Positions 12,731-26,289 of a stretch of 64,000 nucleotides of DNA are shown piece by piece. The stretch lies in NCBI RefSeq assembly GCF_000143415.4, contig NW_003314367.1, positions 124,001 to 188,000 of the forward strand, given 5' to 3'. The number at the start of each line of letters is the position of its first letter. Positions within the stretch are counted from its first letter, which is position 1. The notes beneath the pieces are model-generated. The model did no database searches, was not told the DNA's origin, and saw only the letters and a program-made list of their open reading frames with translations. Both the position numbers and the translations under genes were made by a program. This DNA is from Selaginella moellendorffii. Its lineage: Eukaryota > Plantae > Lycopodiophyta.

Positions 12731-13878
12731 TGTAGCGCATGTGGTTTTGACCCTTTATCCTATGGTGATTTACCATAGGATAACACCACAAAGCGGAACC
12801 TAAACCCTCTTTGTGCCACGTGACAGATGCCACATGTCACATGCCACGTATCCATGCCACGTGTCCATAGGAACCCGAGGTTCAGGGCCTTGGGCCACTG
12901 AACGAAGGAACGGTGCCAAACTCCCAAGCATGGAGCCAAGGAGTGACGGAACCGAACCACGGAGCAACTCCCGAGCATAAAGCCCAAGGAGCGAAGGGAC
13001 AGGAGCCCGGAGTGACTTGGAACAGTCCTAGAGCAACCAGCATCCCAATGCCAGGACCAGCACGCAAAACAGAGCCAAACGGAGTCTGGTGCTATTTCGG
13101 CATACCGGTGGCCTAACGTGAGGATATGGGTACTCCACCAACTAGCATGGAATGGAACTTGGGCTTAGACCCAAGCCGGACGCAGAACAAGGACAGGCAC
13201 GCAAGCGGGAGCTAGACTATGCCTCAGGTTGGTCGGCCATGCCCGACCTACCCACTATCCCTACTATACATTTGGAACCCTCCACAGCCCCCCCCCCCCT
13301 TGAGGAACACACGCTTTGGGCTTTCACCCCAAGCCTCCCTTAGTATCAGGAGTTAGTCTCTGGGACAAGCTCGAAACTTACTAAATATGGAGTGTCCTTA
13401 GATTGCGAATTTGGGCACAGGATGAACACCGTTGTGTTCAGGACAATCTCTACATTCCGTAGATATGCCAAATGAGCAAATCTGGACACTTTCCATAAAT
13501 AGCATTTGGGACCGAAATGAGACTAACACAAAGGGCATGATAGCGAGGGCGTTTGGCAGACACGGTAAGCTATCATCCAGCGATATTGAGGGACCAATCT
13601 CAATACGCGAGGGTTCTTGTCAAGCCAGTGCAAGATAGAGCAAAAGAGAACTAAAAAGCCAGGCCAAGTATGCTTGGCTGAATAGACACTTAGGAATTCC
13701 GTCCTTATGCTCATCCGGCCAAGTACAGATGCAAAGTCCAGTTTACTAACACTTGAACAAGAGGGGCTGATAAAGGGTCCAGCAATACCGACCTTCTGCC
13801 ATCGTGGCAATAAGGAAAGAATATCCGAAAGGACTAGCCGACAGGTAACTTTCGATACCCGAAATCACATTCGCGACA
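12731..13878 (-). repeat. Element C 3' LTR (1148 bp)
   Basis: TG...CA direct repeat of 18859-19990. Confidence 0.95.
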
Positions 13879-16800
13879 CTCTCCCCCCCTTGGGAAGATC
13901 GACGTCCTCGTCGATGCATACTCGAGTCTAGAATACTGCCAAGGAAACAACTCCAGAAAAAGTTCACGGTACTCACACTATATGAGAAATGCACCAACTT
14001 AAATGAGTTAGGGGGCAACCTCTTTGTCTAATGCGGATGCGCTACCAGCTCAGACACCTTCCGGCCGTCGCCGACAAGGAAATGACCAACGGAGTCAGCC
14101 ACCCTTGCTGCTCTGGGTGTCACCCAGCTACAAAAGTGTGATACGCCCCTGCCCGCAGGGACATAGAGAGAGAAGCCAGAGGCCCCAACCCTCCTAAGCA
14201 AAGAAACCAAACCCGTCGGTAAGGTTTAGATAGACTACTGTAAACAGGCAGTTAGAGTTGTTTACACGGTCACGCCCTTTCAACGGAATAAGGAACGTCG
14301 ACAAAGAGGCAGGTTATGTGACCAGTCGACAGTAGCTACCCCATGACTAGAGATTTCAACATGCACACGAAGTGCCGAAGCCAACCTGCCCATTACTGGC
14401 CCAAACTCAAAGATCAATAGATGGACAATATCAAAGTCAGAAACAATGATATCTTAGAAGCTTAATTATCAGTGATTATATCTTAGAGTAGAACACAAAA
14501 GTATTCTAAGCAAGTTATCATCCGATAAACTAGTAGGATAATATAGGGACCACCAAGATCATTATAACTGGTAAACACAGAATGCACCATCCAACAAAAC
14601 TCAATAGCTAGTATATCATCAAGGAAACTTGATGATGAAACTTAACTACCGAAGATAGTAGACAGTAAGCGAACAACTTACTAGAGATAACTCAAAGAAC
14701 ACAAAGTATCATTGACTAACAAGCACAATGCTCGCAAATGTATCACCCAAAGGTAATAACATCCCAATCTATCAGAACTAACTCAAGCAACAATCAACGG
14801 AATAGAATGAATGTTGCATGGCCAACAAACACTCGTTCATGCCAACTATTGCACTAGCTAATCTTAATAGATCCCGGTCAATAATACCAAGGAACTAGAG
14901 TTGCTCAAGCAAGTGTCAGCAACATCCTACCGACGTCTCAAACCCAAGAGACCAATCTAGAGCAAACCACAAAGAATATGTGGTATTGCGAAAAGCCAAA
15001 AGCTATCAAAGAGAATAACTAACTATCATGAAAGATCATCAATCATCCCATCAATAAAGAGATGCATAATCATTGTCTAAGAAAGAATCCACTATCTCAA
15101 AGAGCAGCAAATCATTCTATATCAACAACAACCAAGCAAAACCCTTGACAAGGATAATCAACTATCTTAGATGATAATTAATCATCACCAATGATTGCCA
15201 GATGCAAATACTAACTTCATCGAAGCTAACAAGCCAAAATGCCCTCCCCAACGACTTCTAACAAATGGAACAACAAACATAAAGCTCAAAGAACCAAAAG
15301 CTCGAAGAAGTCTATAGCTAAGTCTTTCCTAACAATGATCACAAGTTTCATATGAACTAACTTCAATGCTAAAGAAGAAATTATAGTACAACCCACAATA
15401 TCCTCCTCAACACATCCATAAGCTAAACTTCATAATACCAAGCTAATGAAGAGCATGTCTGCATCAATCCAAAAGCTAAGTATAACGAAGCTATGCTGGA
15501 CAAGTGATCACCAAACGATCTTCCATGAATCCATCCATAGCAAGACATAACTCACTTCATAACAAGCACAAAAAGAATCATCAATGATTGATATATTTCA
15601 ACTAAAATCCCATAAGGATTCAAATATTCCAATATCGATCACTAACTCTCCCATTTGTAAAGTTAGCATAGTCCATGGCTAAATCACTTTTCAAGGAAAA
15701 GCCAAAGCTCAACCCCTACTAAATAACCTCGTCTAGAACACAACTAACTCAAACTTGCCATTCCGCTCGTTTGAACGTCAACATAGTTGTTAACTAGCAA
15801 ATGCACGAATGCCAATAACACAAAGCCATAGCCAAATCATCAACACTATTTTCATCGAGACTAATGAAACGCAATATCAATCATAAGGATAGACATCTCA
15901 TCTCACTTGAATCTCAATGTCAATAATATCAATGACAAGGCATCACTTTAATGCCATCAACACTAGAACAAAGCTAGAAGAAAGCAAGAGTGAATCACCA
16001 CTCAAAACTCTCTAGCAACCAAGCTAGCCAAAGTCAAAGATACTATACTTAGTATCCAAGACCAATCCTTCAACATTACTCAGGTACAGATAACACTTTC
16101 TCAAGGAGTGAATCACCACATCCAAGACTCAATGAAATCCAACACCACGGACTAAACGTAACCAAATGATATCGACAGAGATAGAGTTGACATGCCAACA
16201 TGGAAAATCCATGTAAGTCTAACAACACGATCCTCTGCAACACCATCCGGTAAAGCAAGCCCATCACTGCTGAATCATCATGAAGTGAAGCAAGTGTCAC
16301 AGTCTTCGACAAAATCTACAAGCAATCACTAGTTGCAAAGCAACTAACAATCGCTCTTTCAACTTGCCTTCACAAGACCCAAACACTAAACTCATGCCAT
16401 CGAGTCATATACTTGTCGAACATGAACGTAATACCTCATGGACGAGATAAAAGTTCATAGACAAGCACAAACTAAATGACCACTCGAATCCAACTCAACC
16501 GCGATAAGTTCACCAATGCATTTAGCCATTAGCTCTGAGCATGCCTTGAAGAGGCTAGCTATACATGATCAACACTAAATCGAAACTCAAGTGAAGACCA
16601 TGAGATGGACTCATGTCGGTACATAACCTCCACTTAGACAAAGCTTTAGTATGGGTACTAACATCTCAACTGCAAACAACTAAGTTGGACATCACTATCC
16701 TCAGCCAAGGCGCAAAGCCACCAAGACCAAGTCAAGATTAGTGAGAGCTCACTACTCTCATAGAGTCTTACGAAATACAAGGTGCAACTTGCCACCAAGT

Positions 16801-18858
16801 ATAATGCCACAAAAGAAAGGCACAAGGGTCACCTTTCTCAGAAAAGTGCAACGGCCACTTTTCTACACCAACTATAGACTCTATCCAACTCAATTGCCTT
16901 AGCCTCAAAAGTCAGCATCCCTTTCAGGTCGCATCATACAAACTACCTACCAAGGTCTAAGCCAACCAAAGTCAACTCCAACCCTTTCATTAGTTTGTAC
17001 TAGCTTACGAAAACGGAATGGTTTTCGGCCAAAGTGACCAACAGATCAGCCATTGGAAAAGTCTAAGAAAATTTGTGGAAAATTTTCCATCCTAGAAAAA
17101 GAATGACTCTCAATCTAGATATGCAAACTTTCAAGACTCAACCAATTTCCTCCTACCAACAACTTCATAGAGGTTCACCTCAACACAAATTCTCATGACC
17201 CATAGTATGCTTAAGCCTCGAACATCTTTTTGCCCATTCTTTCGTCATCCAACATCGATATTCGTAAAAATGCAAATGGAACATCCAAGGCTTGATCACG
17301 AAGACCACATCTTTGGATATCCACATTGCACTAACACTCTTCTTCAACCACCTTCAAGATCCAATGTGAAGCTAAAACACTAATAAGAAAAATGACATGG
17401 AAAAATCAAGCTCTAAGGAAAATTCCTCATCACTCGAAACAACAATGCCACTTCCACTAACACAAGTGCTAGCGATATCAATGCTTTAACTACACACTTT
17501 TTCCATCCAACAATCTACTCCAAGTGCTAACAGATAAACCAACAAGCCATAGCAAATGAATGCTACAACCCTTTTCCAACACCTTATGGGCAAATCCAAG
17601 GAAACAAGGAACCAACTTAAGCTTAGCATAATGGACCACCATTGAGAATCCAGTCAAAGCTACTACAATGCTACTTTGTGCAAGTAGACCAGCTTCACTA
17701 TCAACCACTTTGGGGTTGATCATCGTTTAACCAAGCAACTTCGTAAACACATTGCTCATTATCACATGGATATGATATAGAAATCACAATGACTTGATCA
17801 TCAATTGAGCAACACCACGAGCAATGCCAATGTCATTACTTCAAAGGTTTATGTGAGTATCAAGTGTCAACTCGATTCGACAAAATGTAACATAAATATC
17901 ACACTCCATCAATAGAGATTTACAACACTTAACACCACTAACTTTTGTTCACAACACGGACAAGCTCATGCCACTCTCTTTTCGACCAAACTCAACACTA
18001 ATCCAATACCAAGCTACTCAAGGAGCAATAGCAAGGTTCCCCGGAAAAGAATTGAGCATTGCAACCCAAGTCTTCCAATAGCAAGCCTAGACAAAATGGT
18101 TTAGCACTTCACCGCTATCCATCCCACAACTCACCATTGTAAAACCATCATCTTCAACATGCATCAAGATAGGGACTCTTGTTTGCATGATGTGAACACA
18201 AGCAATGAGTTAACACCTCGTTACAAATCATCTCTCCAAAAGAAAATGATTTACGTATTTGATCCTCTGTCCCTGACAACTCTCTTTTCGGTCTCATCTT
18301 TGACTAAACCTCAAGCTTACTTTCGCACTACCTTCAGTTCAATCTAAGAAAAGTTTATGAGAGAGCACGGCAATGACTACTTGAACCAATAGACTAATCC
18401 CTATAGTCTTTGATTGATCCACTTGTATTCATGCCTAGGAAGGATCCACTAGTACCATGCTAAACAGCTACGGACCAGCCTATTTACCACTCATAGCAAA
18501 CCCAGGGAAGGTTTGCTTTCACTCACGGTACATGGAACAACTCATGGAACCACCGATAGGTTAACATTAATCCTACCAACTCAAAGCATATCCTTGAGTT
18601 GCTAATGCGCCTCACTCACGAGCCCAAGCTCAAACTCGTACTAACGGAGCATCTCAAATCCATCCTATGAGCCCAAGAGCAAGCTCACATTATTAGGTAC
18701 AAAAGGTAACCAAAACCATACCCCAAGGAACAAATGTGAACCCTTTGCACCAAACGTGTACCCACTCGGATCATCGTTTTCATCTCTGCGTATGCAACAA
18801 GACTAGTTGCCCAATCTCATTGTATAGTACTCGCTGAGACTCATCCTCTGATACCAAA

Positions 18859-19990
18859 TGTAGCGCACGTGGTTTTGACCCTTTATCCTATGGTGATTTA
18901 CCATAGGATAACACCACGAAACGGAACCTAAACCCTCTTTGTGCCACGTGACAGATGCCACGTGTCACATGCCACGTGTCCATAGGAACCCGAGGTTCAG
19001 GGCCTTGGGCCACTGAACGAAGGAACGGTGCCAAACTCCCAAGCATGGAGCCAAGGAGTGACGGAACCGAACCACGGAGCAACTCCCAAGCATAAAGCCC
19101 AAGGAGCGAAGGGACAGGAGCCCGGAGCGACTTGGAACAGTCCTAGAGCAACCAGCATCCCAATGCCAAGACCAGCACGCAAAACGGAGCCAAACGGAGT
19201 CTGGCGCTATTTTGGCATACCGGTGGCCTAACGTGAGGATATGGGTACTCCACCAACTAGCATGGAATGGAACTTGGGCTTAGACCCAAGCCGGACGCAG
19301 AACAAAGACAGGCACGCAAGCGGGAGCTAGACTATGCCTCAGGTTGGTCGGCCATGCCCGACCTACCCACTATCCCTACTATACATTTGGAACCCTCCAC
19401 AGCCCCCCCCCTTGAGGAACACACGCTTTGGGCTTTCACCCCAAGCCTCCCTTAGTATCAGGAGTTAGTCTCTGGGACAAGCTCGAAACTTACTAAATAT
19501 GGAGTGTCCTTAGATTGCGAATTTGGGCACGGGATGAACACCGTTGTGTTCAGGATAATCTCTACATTCCGTAGATATGCCAAATGAGCAAATCTGGACA
19601 CTTTCCATAAATAGCATTTGGGACCGAAATGAGACTAACACAAAGGGCATGATAGCGAGGGTGTTTGGCAGACACGGTAAGCTATCATCCAGCGATATTG
19701 AGGGACCAATCTCAATACGCGAGGGTTCTTGTCAAGCCAGTGCAAGACAGAGCAAAAGAGAACTAAAAAGCCAGGCCAAGTATGCTTGGCTGAATAGACA
19801 CTTAGGAATTCCGTCCTTATGCTCATCCGGCCAAGTACAGATGCAAAGTCTAGTTTACTAACACTTGAACAAGAGGGGCTGATAAAGGGTCCAGCAATAC
19901 CGACCTCCTGCCATCGTGGCAGTAAGGAAAGAATATCCGAAAGGACTAGCCGACAGGTAAGTTTCGATACCCGAAGTCACATTTGTGACA
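18859..19990 (-). repeat. Element C 5' LTR (1132 bp)
   Basis: TG...CA direct repeat of 12731-13878, with PBS adjacent. Confidence 0.95.
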
Positions 19991-21837
19991 CTCATCCATC
20001 ATCCATTGGAAAGTCGTTGGAGCATTATTTAAACCAAATGGCATCACCAAAAACTCGTACAAACCAAACAATGTACGAAAAGCAATCTTAAAAATATCTT
20101 CTTCGACCATCAATATTTGTTAGTACCTAGAAGTAAAATTGAGCTTGGTGAACCAAGGACTTCTCCCCAAACGATCCAATAGATTAGTAGTGTGAGGAAG
20201 AGGGTACACATTCACTTCGTTTAACAGATGATAGTCGATGTAGAAACAAATACTCTTATCAAGCTTCATTACAAGATGAGGTTCATATGCCCAAAGACTC
20301 CATAACTTTCGAATAACACCCTTTTCCAACATCTCCTTAACATTTGTTTGTAGAATTTTGACCTCTTTGGGTGATTGGACGAACATCTTTAGTTGGAATC
20401 GGATGACATGTAGTAAATCTTAGCCCCAAGTGATAAGTCAAATTTAAAGAGATCAGTATACTCCATAAGCTAGTCAACCACTACAACACAAAGACTATTA
20501 AAGGGATTAGAATAGGAAAGAGCGAAACAAGATAGAAACATAAAAGGAAGTAATAGGGAGAAAAAAGTAGTAAAAGCAAAGGTAAAAATAAAGGGACAAA
20601 GAGGTACGACAGTGAGAAGAATGAATGAAATATAAGAAAGTATGAGACAAGAGGGAAAAACCTCAAAGTCACACTTCGTATGATTATGTTGCAACTAATC
20701 TATGCCAAAAATGAGGTCAAAAGTTTAACTCAACACCACCTACAATGATTGCAATGCAAGCTCAAAATTACCCATACGCACAACGAGGTCTACCTCATCC
20801 CGTGCACATGCATGTATATGGTTATTGCCATAAAGAATGAAAATTAACTCTGCCACATAACACAAATATAGATGGTAACATGTGGTAACAGGTCGAGCAA
20901 TAGAAGATAAACTCAAGAAACAACAATATCAACTTCAATTGGAACAAGACCATCTTCCACAGGAAGTGGAGCTATAGGATGTGCAGTGAGAAATGGAAGA
21001 GGTGACGTTTCATAATGTTGTGCCAAACAAAAGGCATTATCAAAGGTGGCTGGAGTAAGTGCATGCACAAATCCTACAAGATTTTGACAAAGTATTGGCC
21101 ACAACATTTTTAGCTTGATCTACTCTAATATATTTAGCTCCACACGAAGCAAGAGACTTTGGAAATGAATGCCAAATTGTATCACAGACTCGGATGGACT
21201 TTGATGAAAATGATGCAATTGTTGGAAAGCATAATCATAATTGTCAGCATGTTCGAATGCACGTTTGAATACATCCAAAAGAATCTTTCAATCCTCACGA
21301 GTGGTTATACTTAAACCATTGTACCATTACAATAGCATCCCTTGGAGATATGTGAAAAACTCATGGAAATGTCGAGCATCATCCCAAGAATGATATGTGG
21401 CAATCATTATGAAGTGATCAAATCAATAAAACACATCATCCCTAGGATTTCATGAAAGAACTTTGGCTAAACATAAGGATTGGCACTAGGAGCATGAGGA
21501 GTTATACCACATGTCATGATTGCCACCATCAATTGACTTTAGTTGTTTAATTGCAATTGCATAGTATCAAGCAATTGCACTAACTATTGCTCTAAAGTCA
21601 AGGGAGTAAGAGACTATTGCTCTACAATGAAGATGAATGAAAAAGAAAGAGCAAAAGAAGAAAAACGAAAAAAGTTAGAAAGAAGGGGAGATTTAGACAA
21701 TGCAAAAGCTAAATTTAAACCAAAATCCTGAAAGGAAAGAACAAAAGAAAAGAAATGAAAAAAATTAGATTTAAATGATGCAAAAGTTAGATTTAAACCA
21801 AAATCCCAAATTTAAGCACTTTTGAGGGACACTCCAA

Positions 21838-21857
21838 AATGCCCCTCATCTCCATTA
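21838..21857 (-). other. Decayed primer-binding site complementary to tRNA-Ala
   Basis: Minus strand reads TAATGGAGATGAGGGGCATT 1 nt after the LTR, versus TGGTGGAGATGCGGGGTATC expected from the plant tRNA-Ala 3' end (15/20). Confidence 0.6.
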
Positions 21858-21858
21858 A

Positions 21859-22034
21859 TGTAAGTGCATGGAATATAGAAAGGGAATACAAAAAATATAT
21901 ATATTAATTAGCCCAAAAACCCTAGTTTATATACAGAAACGAGTAGTTTAGATTGAAATCAATCTGACAACTACCAAAATCTCTCTATGCTAATATTAAT
22001 ATACAATATTGTAGCTGTACACTTGGACCTCACA
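21859..22034 (-). repeat. Element A 5' LTR (176 bp)
   Basis: tgtaagtg...cctcaca, homologous to 1774-1948, with an adjacent PBS-like sequence. Confidence 0.85.
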
Positions 22035-22759
22035 ACTCTATTTAAATTAAATAATTTTTTATTTTAATAAATATATCATTCATATTGTCCCATGTTACAA
22101 CCTCTCTTATATTTTTTGTATAATGTTTATCATATATCACTATGAATAAGTTTTAAGTTTTTTATGTGTGGGTAAATTTAGTAATGGTAATAAATATTGT
22201 TTAGAAGTGCAAAACCAAAACTCTAAGTTATAAAAAATCTTTTTTAAATGATCCAAACAATTTTAGAAATAAGATAGTATATGGCTTTATAAAAAATATT
22301 AATTATAATATTTACTTACTATTTCATTATTTTACACTTTAATTTCATTAATATTTTGTATAAAATGAATTTTTTATCCAAAGATATAGCAAAGTAGTGG
22401 AAAGAGGAAAAGTTAATAGTCTTTGAATACAAAATAAATTATTTTTACATTTTAAGCACATATCATTTCTTATTTTCTAAAGATAATTCATAACAACAAA
22501 GTTATAGTTTTTAAACACATTATTTATACTAATTTAATTAAGAAAATTCAAATTAGAAAAAGTTTAATGTACATATATTCTAATGCAAAAATAAAAATAA
22601 TAAGAATAATAATAATGACGCAAGTAAGATTTTGTCAATTGACATAATAAGTAGTGGCACACACGAAACCTTCAATAGACACAGTCCAACACAGAGTGAT
22701 GGATCCATCGCAACTGCTGTGTTTCATGGAACCTTCTCCAAGCCTTTCCGTCCTTTAAA

Positions 22760-23169
22760 TACTTTAAAGGTCACTCTTCTAATTCTTAGCATTGCTAGTT
22801 CCAGGGATCACCAGGCTCGACTTTGCTCCCGGTGGTCTCATCCCTCCACACACGCACCTGCGAGGCTCAGAGATCATCTACGTCGTGGAAGGGAGCTTGT
22901 ACGCCGGATTCGTCACCACCCAGAACCAGCTCTTTGCTAAGGTCATCTCCAAAGGCGATGTGATGATCTTCCCGCGGGGTTTGATCCACTGGCAGCTCAA
23001 CGTTGGTAACACCACCGCCATGGCCATCGTGATGCTGGATTCGCAGTCACCGGGCTTCCAGGCTATCGCAAGCTCCATGTTTGGATCGGACATCCTGGAC
23101 GAGGTGCTCGTCAAGACCTTCTTTATTGATGAGAATGCGGTTCGGCAGCTCAAGGCTACGTTCACTTGA
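22760..23169 (+). pseudogene. Germin-like protein (cupin), internally deleted / 5'-defective
   Basis: RLDFAPGGLIPPHTHLRGSE (germin box 1, P->L) and GDVMIFPRGLIHWQLNVG (box 2). A signal-like LKVTLLILSIASS is joined out of frame and the LQDFCVAD region is missing. Confidence 0.85.
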
Positions 23170-23365
23170 ATGTAAAAATAACTTTGTGAAAATAAATAAT
23201 CTGGTTTATTGCAAGTTTAGCTGGATTTTTAATCCCTTGCTTTGGGCATGGAAAAGTTTAGATTTCTAGCCGTGGCGACCACTTTGCACAGTCTCAGGGT
23301 TTTTGTTGATTATCCATTGAATTATTATAAGAAGTTCGTAATTCTGCGAATTTATTGTTGATTTG

Positions 23366-26063
23366 CTAAGCAATGAAGGAATCAATCTCTAGCTTTGCAC
23401 TCCTTGATCTCCTTCTGAGCATCATGATACTTCCTGGAAAGAGTCTTGGGGTCTTTCTTATGAAGACAAAGGCTTTCTGGCCACTTCCACCATCAGTCGC
23501 AGACGCTTCCAAGCAACCAGCTTCTTTCAAGCTGTTGATCTCGCGTGCAAGTTTTCGAGCTCCATGGATGCTCTTAAACTTTCCAGTGTACTTCAGCTCT
23601 TCCTGTGAACTTTCCAGAAAAGTCCGTACGTCAGGATGATCGGATAGATTACACTTTCGCGCAGACCGTCTCCAGGTGAACTCTGGGCATCTAATATGAG
23701 ACAAATTCTCCACCCGTGACTTTGCGAGATCCAGCATCATCTCCGGCAGCATCATCCAGTTATCTTCCTTCTCGAGAGCTTCTCTCAAGATCAAGCCAAG
23801 TGTGACCCCTTCAACTTTTCCAGAAGCTGCTCGTTGCCAAGCCAAACGAGGACACTCATCCAAATCTTTCAGCCTCGAGTGGCCTGGACGTTATCATCTC
23901 GCAAAGCTTTGTGAAGGATGCCAAGATTCCCGGGTTTTGCTTCAAAGCGGGGAATCCTTCATGGCACTTGAAGAGCAACGAGTAAAGAGTGTCGGTCACA
24001 CTCTTTACTCGTTCGTACGAACAGCTGAACGACTCGGTTGTGCGAATGCTGCCTTCCAGCGTATTCATGCAACCCTCTACCGAGAAGAGCAGTGTCCATT
24101 TGTTTCCATCCACTCGAAGGAGAGCTTCCACAAGATCACTGCCCGCATTGCCTTTGATAAGAGAGTTGAGAAGCTTCAGTTCGTCCACCAGCAGAAAGGC
24201 TTCAAACTCTTCCGAATTGTGGATGGAAACGTCCATGACCATCTCGCAAAGCCTGGTAAAGAACAAACGGACCCTCCGTCTTTCAGGATCTTATGATCGG
24301 CACTTACGGAGCAAATCCCGCAGGGACCTTGCCTCCAGTTCACGCGTCGTTTTGCTTATCACCTGCTGCAGCAAAGCGGCCACGAACGAATTCAGCAGCT
24401 CCGGATTGGCGAGCAATGCAAAAACTCTCACCACTTCAACGAGAAGTGGCGGAGCAACTTCTTCCAGATTGTTCCTTTGCGTGACCATCGAAAACAATCT
24501 TTGCTTTGCCTGGAGTTCAAGCTTGTCGTGCTGTAGGACTAGAGAACACCAGTCTTTAGATTCTCCAAGAACTCCGGAAGAAAGTGATCGAGAACCTGAG
24601 ACACCATATTCCAGCACCCGTGGAGTCTTCGAGCTTCTCCCGGACCGAGAACTTATAAAGTGGCACAGCAAGCAAATCTTCCGAGCGACATGAAACGCAG
24701 CTGCCAAGCAATCCAAGTTCTTGAGCTCCAAGGCAAGATGGACAAAGTTCTCCACCTCGTCTTCGAAACGCTCCTCGCTAAGGAGCTTGTCAACGATGAC
24801 AGTGGCATAAGCATTCCATCCATGTGACTTCACTGCTAAAGCAAGCACTTTCGCCGCCTCCAGGCTTCCAATCCCGGAAAGTAAGAATTTCTTGTTCGGA
24901 ACCGCTGCGTCATAGTTCCTTGCTAGAACTTCCAGAGCTTTAAGGACTTCGTCTTTACCTCCAATGCCTACGCAAACTTTTAGCAGCCTGTGAATGTGAT
25001 CACGAGCACTAATGCTCCAGTCATGAGCCTTGATCACCTCCGGTAGACCCTCAAGTACCTGCTGGAGAAACGCTACTTCTTTCTTTTCCTCCAGCATATC
25101 CAAGGCCGCACACGAAACCATGTATACGTCACTGCTGTCGGCCAAACGACCACCACTGCATGATTTTCGTAGCCACTGTTTTCACGATCGCCGAGGATCC
25201 AGACGCAAACTTCTAAAGTCCACCCTGATCAAGCTACTTTTGTGATGATTGTCATCTTGGAGATGCAAGCCGCTAAAGTCGACGTCGAGGCTGGTGCTGT
25301 ATCTCGAGAACGACTCAACCTTGCCGTTTTTAAGCTGGTCGCTGATGAGCGCTGGAGCTGCCTGGATTCTTGCGATGGCTTCAAAGCAACTCCAAAGTCA
25401 TGCTATCTCTGCCCTTGAGTTTCATCAAATCTAGATCGGTTTTCGAGTATTGGTGCTGCAATGGAATCACCATCTTCTTTGGAGCATCGTCTTTCTCGAA
25501 GCCATGCATGAGAGCCGATCGCGTCGCCAAGCAAGCTTCCAAAAAACCGGGAACTCTTGTCAAGTTCTTGGCCAGCAAGTTGAAAACCATGCACGGCGTG
25601 GTGCCTTGAGTGACTTTGACCAAGTGGTGCTCGCAGTCGGCGAAGAAAACCGCGTAGTAAAACGCTCCTGGCGATGGCCTCTCGTGTCCAAGGATGGTCT
25701 TGGTCTTGTCCTTGTGTCTTACCACAAAAATTCCGAGCTCGATACCGGACGAGAGTGGGAACTTCCATGATCATGGTGGCAAAAACTCCACGCTCGACTC
25801 TGTCATGAAACTGGAAGTTGCCATCGCCCTCAAAGCCAGACCTTCCAAGTTTCGTGCATCCATCGCAAGGCCCATTTCCACGGCTGTTCCCTTACTTCGA
25901 AGGAGGCTTTGGAGGCATCTATGGTTTTGCTGGAACTCAAGAAGGAGGTAACCGCTGGAGCTGGGAAATACCTTGGTTGGGGGACTTCTTCGGTGCCATG
26001 GAGCCAGATCTTTGATGGCCACTGGCGGCGAAAAGATGTGACGCTTGGGGCCGACCATTCCAT
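23366..26063 (-). pseudogene. Large 2OG-Fe(II) oxygenase-domain protein of fungal/oomycete/bacterial type, frameshifted
   Basis: FEGDGNFQFHDRVE..FATMIMEVP and YAVFFADCEHHLVKVTQG..MVFNL match the Fe/2OG core. C-terminal PEFTW...HPDVRTFL...FKSIHGAR...GSGQKAFVFIRKT motif. Split over several frames with no obvious introns. Confidence 0.65.
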
Positions 26064-26289
26064 TCCAGCGCCGCCAGCAGTTCATCACTTCAAGAAGAAA
26101 GAATATCTTTCAGCAAAGGACCAAAACAAAAGCTTACTTTGCAGCGGCCATGAGAGAAAAAAAATCCCTCCTGTGAGTGAAGAACCCTTAAGAGTGAAAA
26201 GAATCATTGCATGGAAGGAAAAAGAGAAGGAAGATCACTCAGATATTTTTTTTAAAGCACCTCTTTGAAGCGCCACTCGCCGCTGCTCA

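Larger units (their letters stand above)
12731..19990 (-). mobile_element. Element C: nested Ty1/copia-derived non-autonomous LTR element
   Basis: Near-identical LTRs 12731-13878 and 18859-19990, TSD CTCAT, PBS TGGTATCAGAG (18846-18856), PPT AGGGGGGGAGAG (13879-13890). Decayed motifs in copia order: WILNGG (~17650, protease), FV*CDLKG (~16930, integrase), YEV*LMDV (~15420) and LLLI*NDLLL (~15115, RT). Confidence 0.9.
1774..22034 (-). mobile_element. Element A: old degenerate Ty3/gypsy LTR retrotransposon hosting two nested insertions
   Basis: Diverged TG...CA direct repeats at 1774-1948 and 21859-22034, with a PPT next to the left LTR. RT motif KEMLEKGVIRK...IDYHLLN...YPLP at 20120-20386. 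[25 protein letters not shown]|VLCD...FINDILIHS reads through once element C is removed. Integrase-like YFYWPEMQ/CxxC at ~2970-3035. Confidence 0.9.

Noticed and set aside
12760-13931. Several 60-95 aa ORFs repeated at 18888-20091
   Set aside because: They recur only because they lie in the two LTRs; no domain signal.
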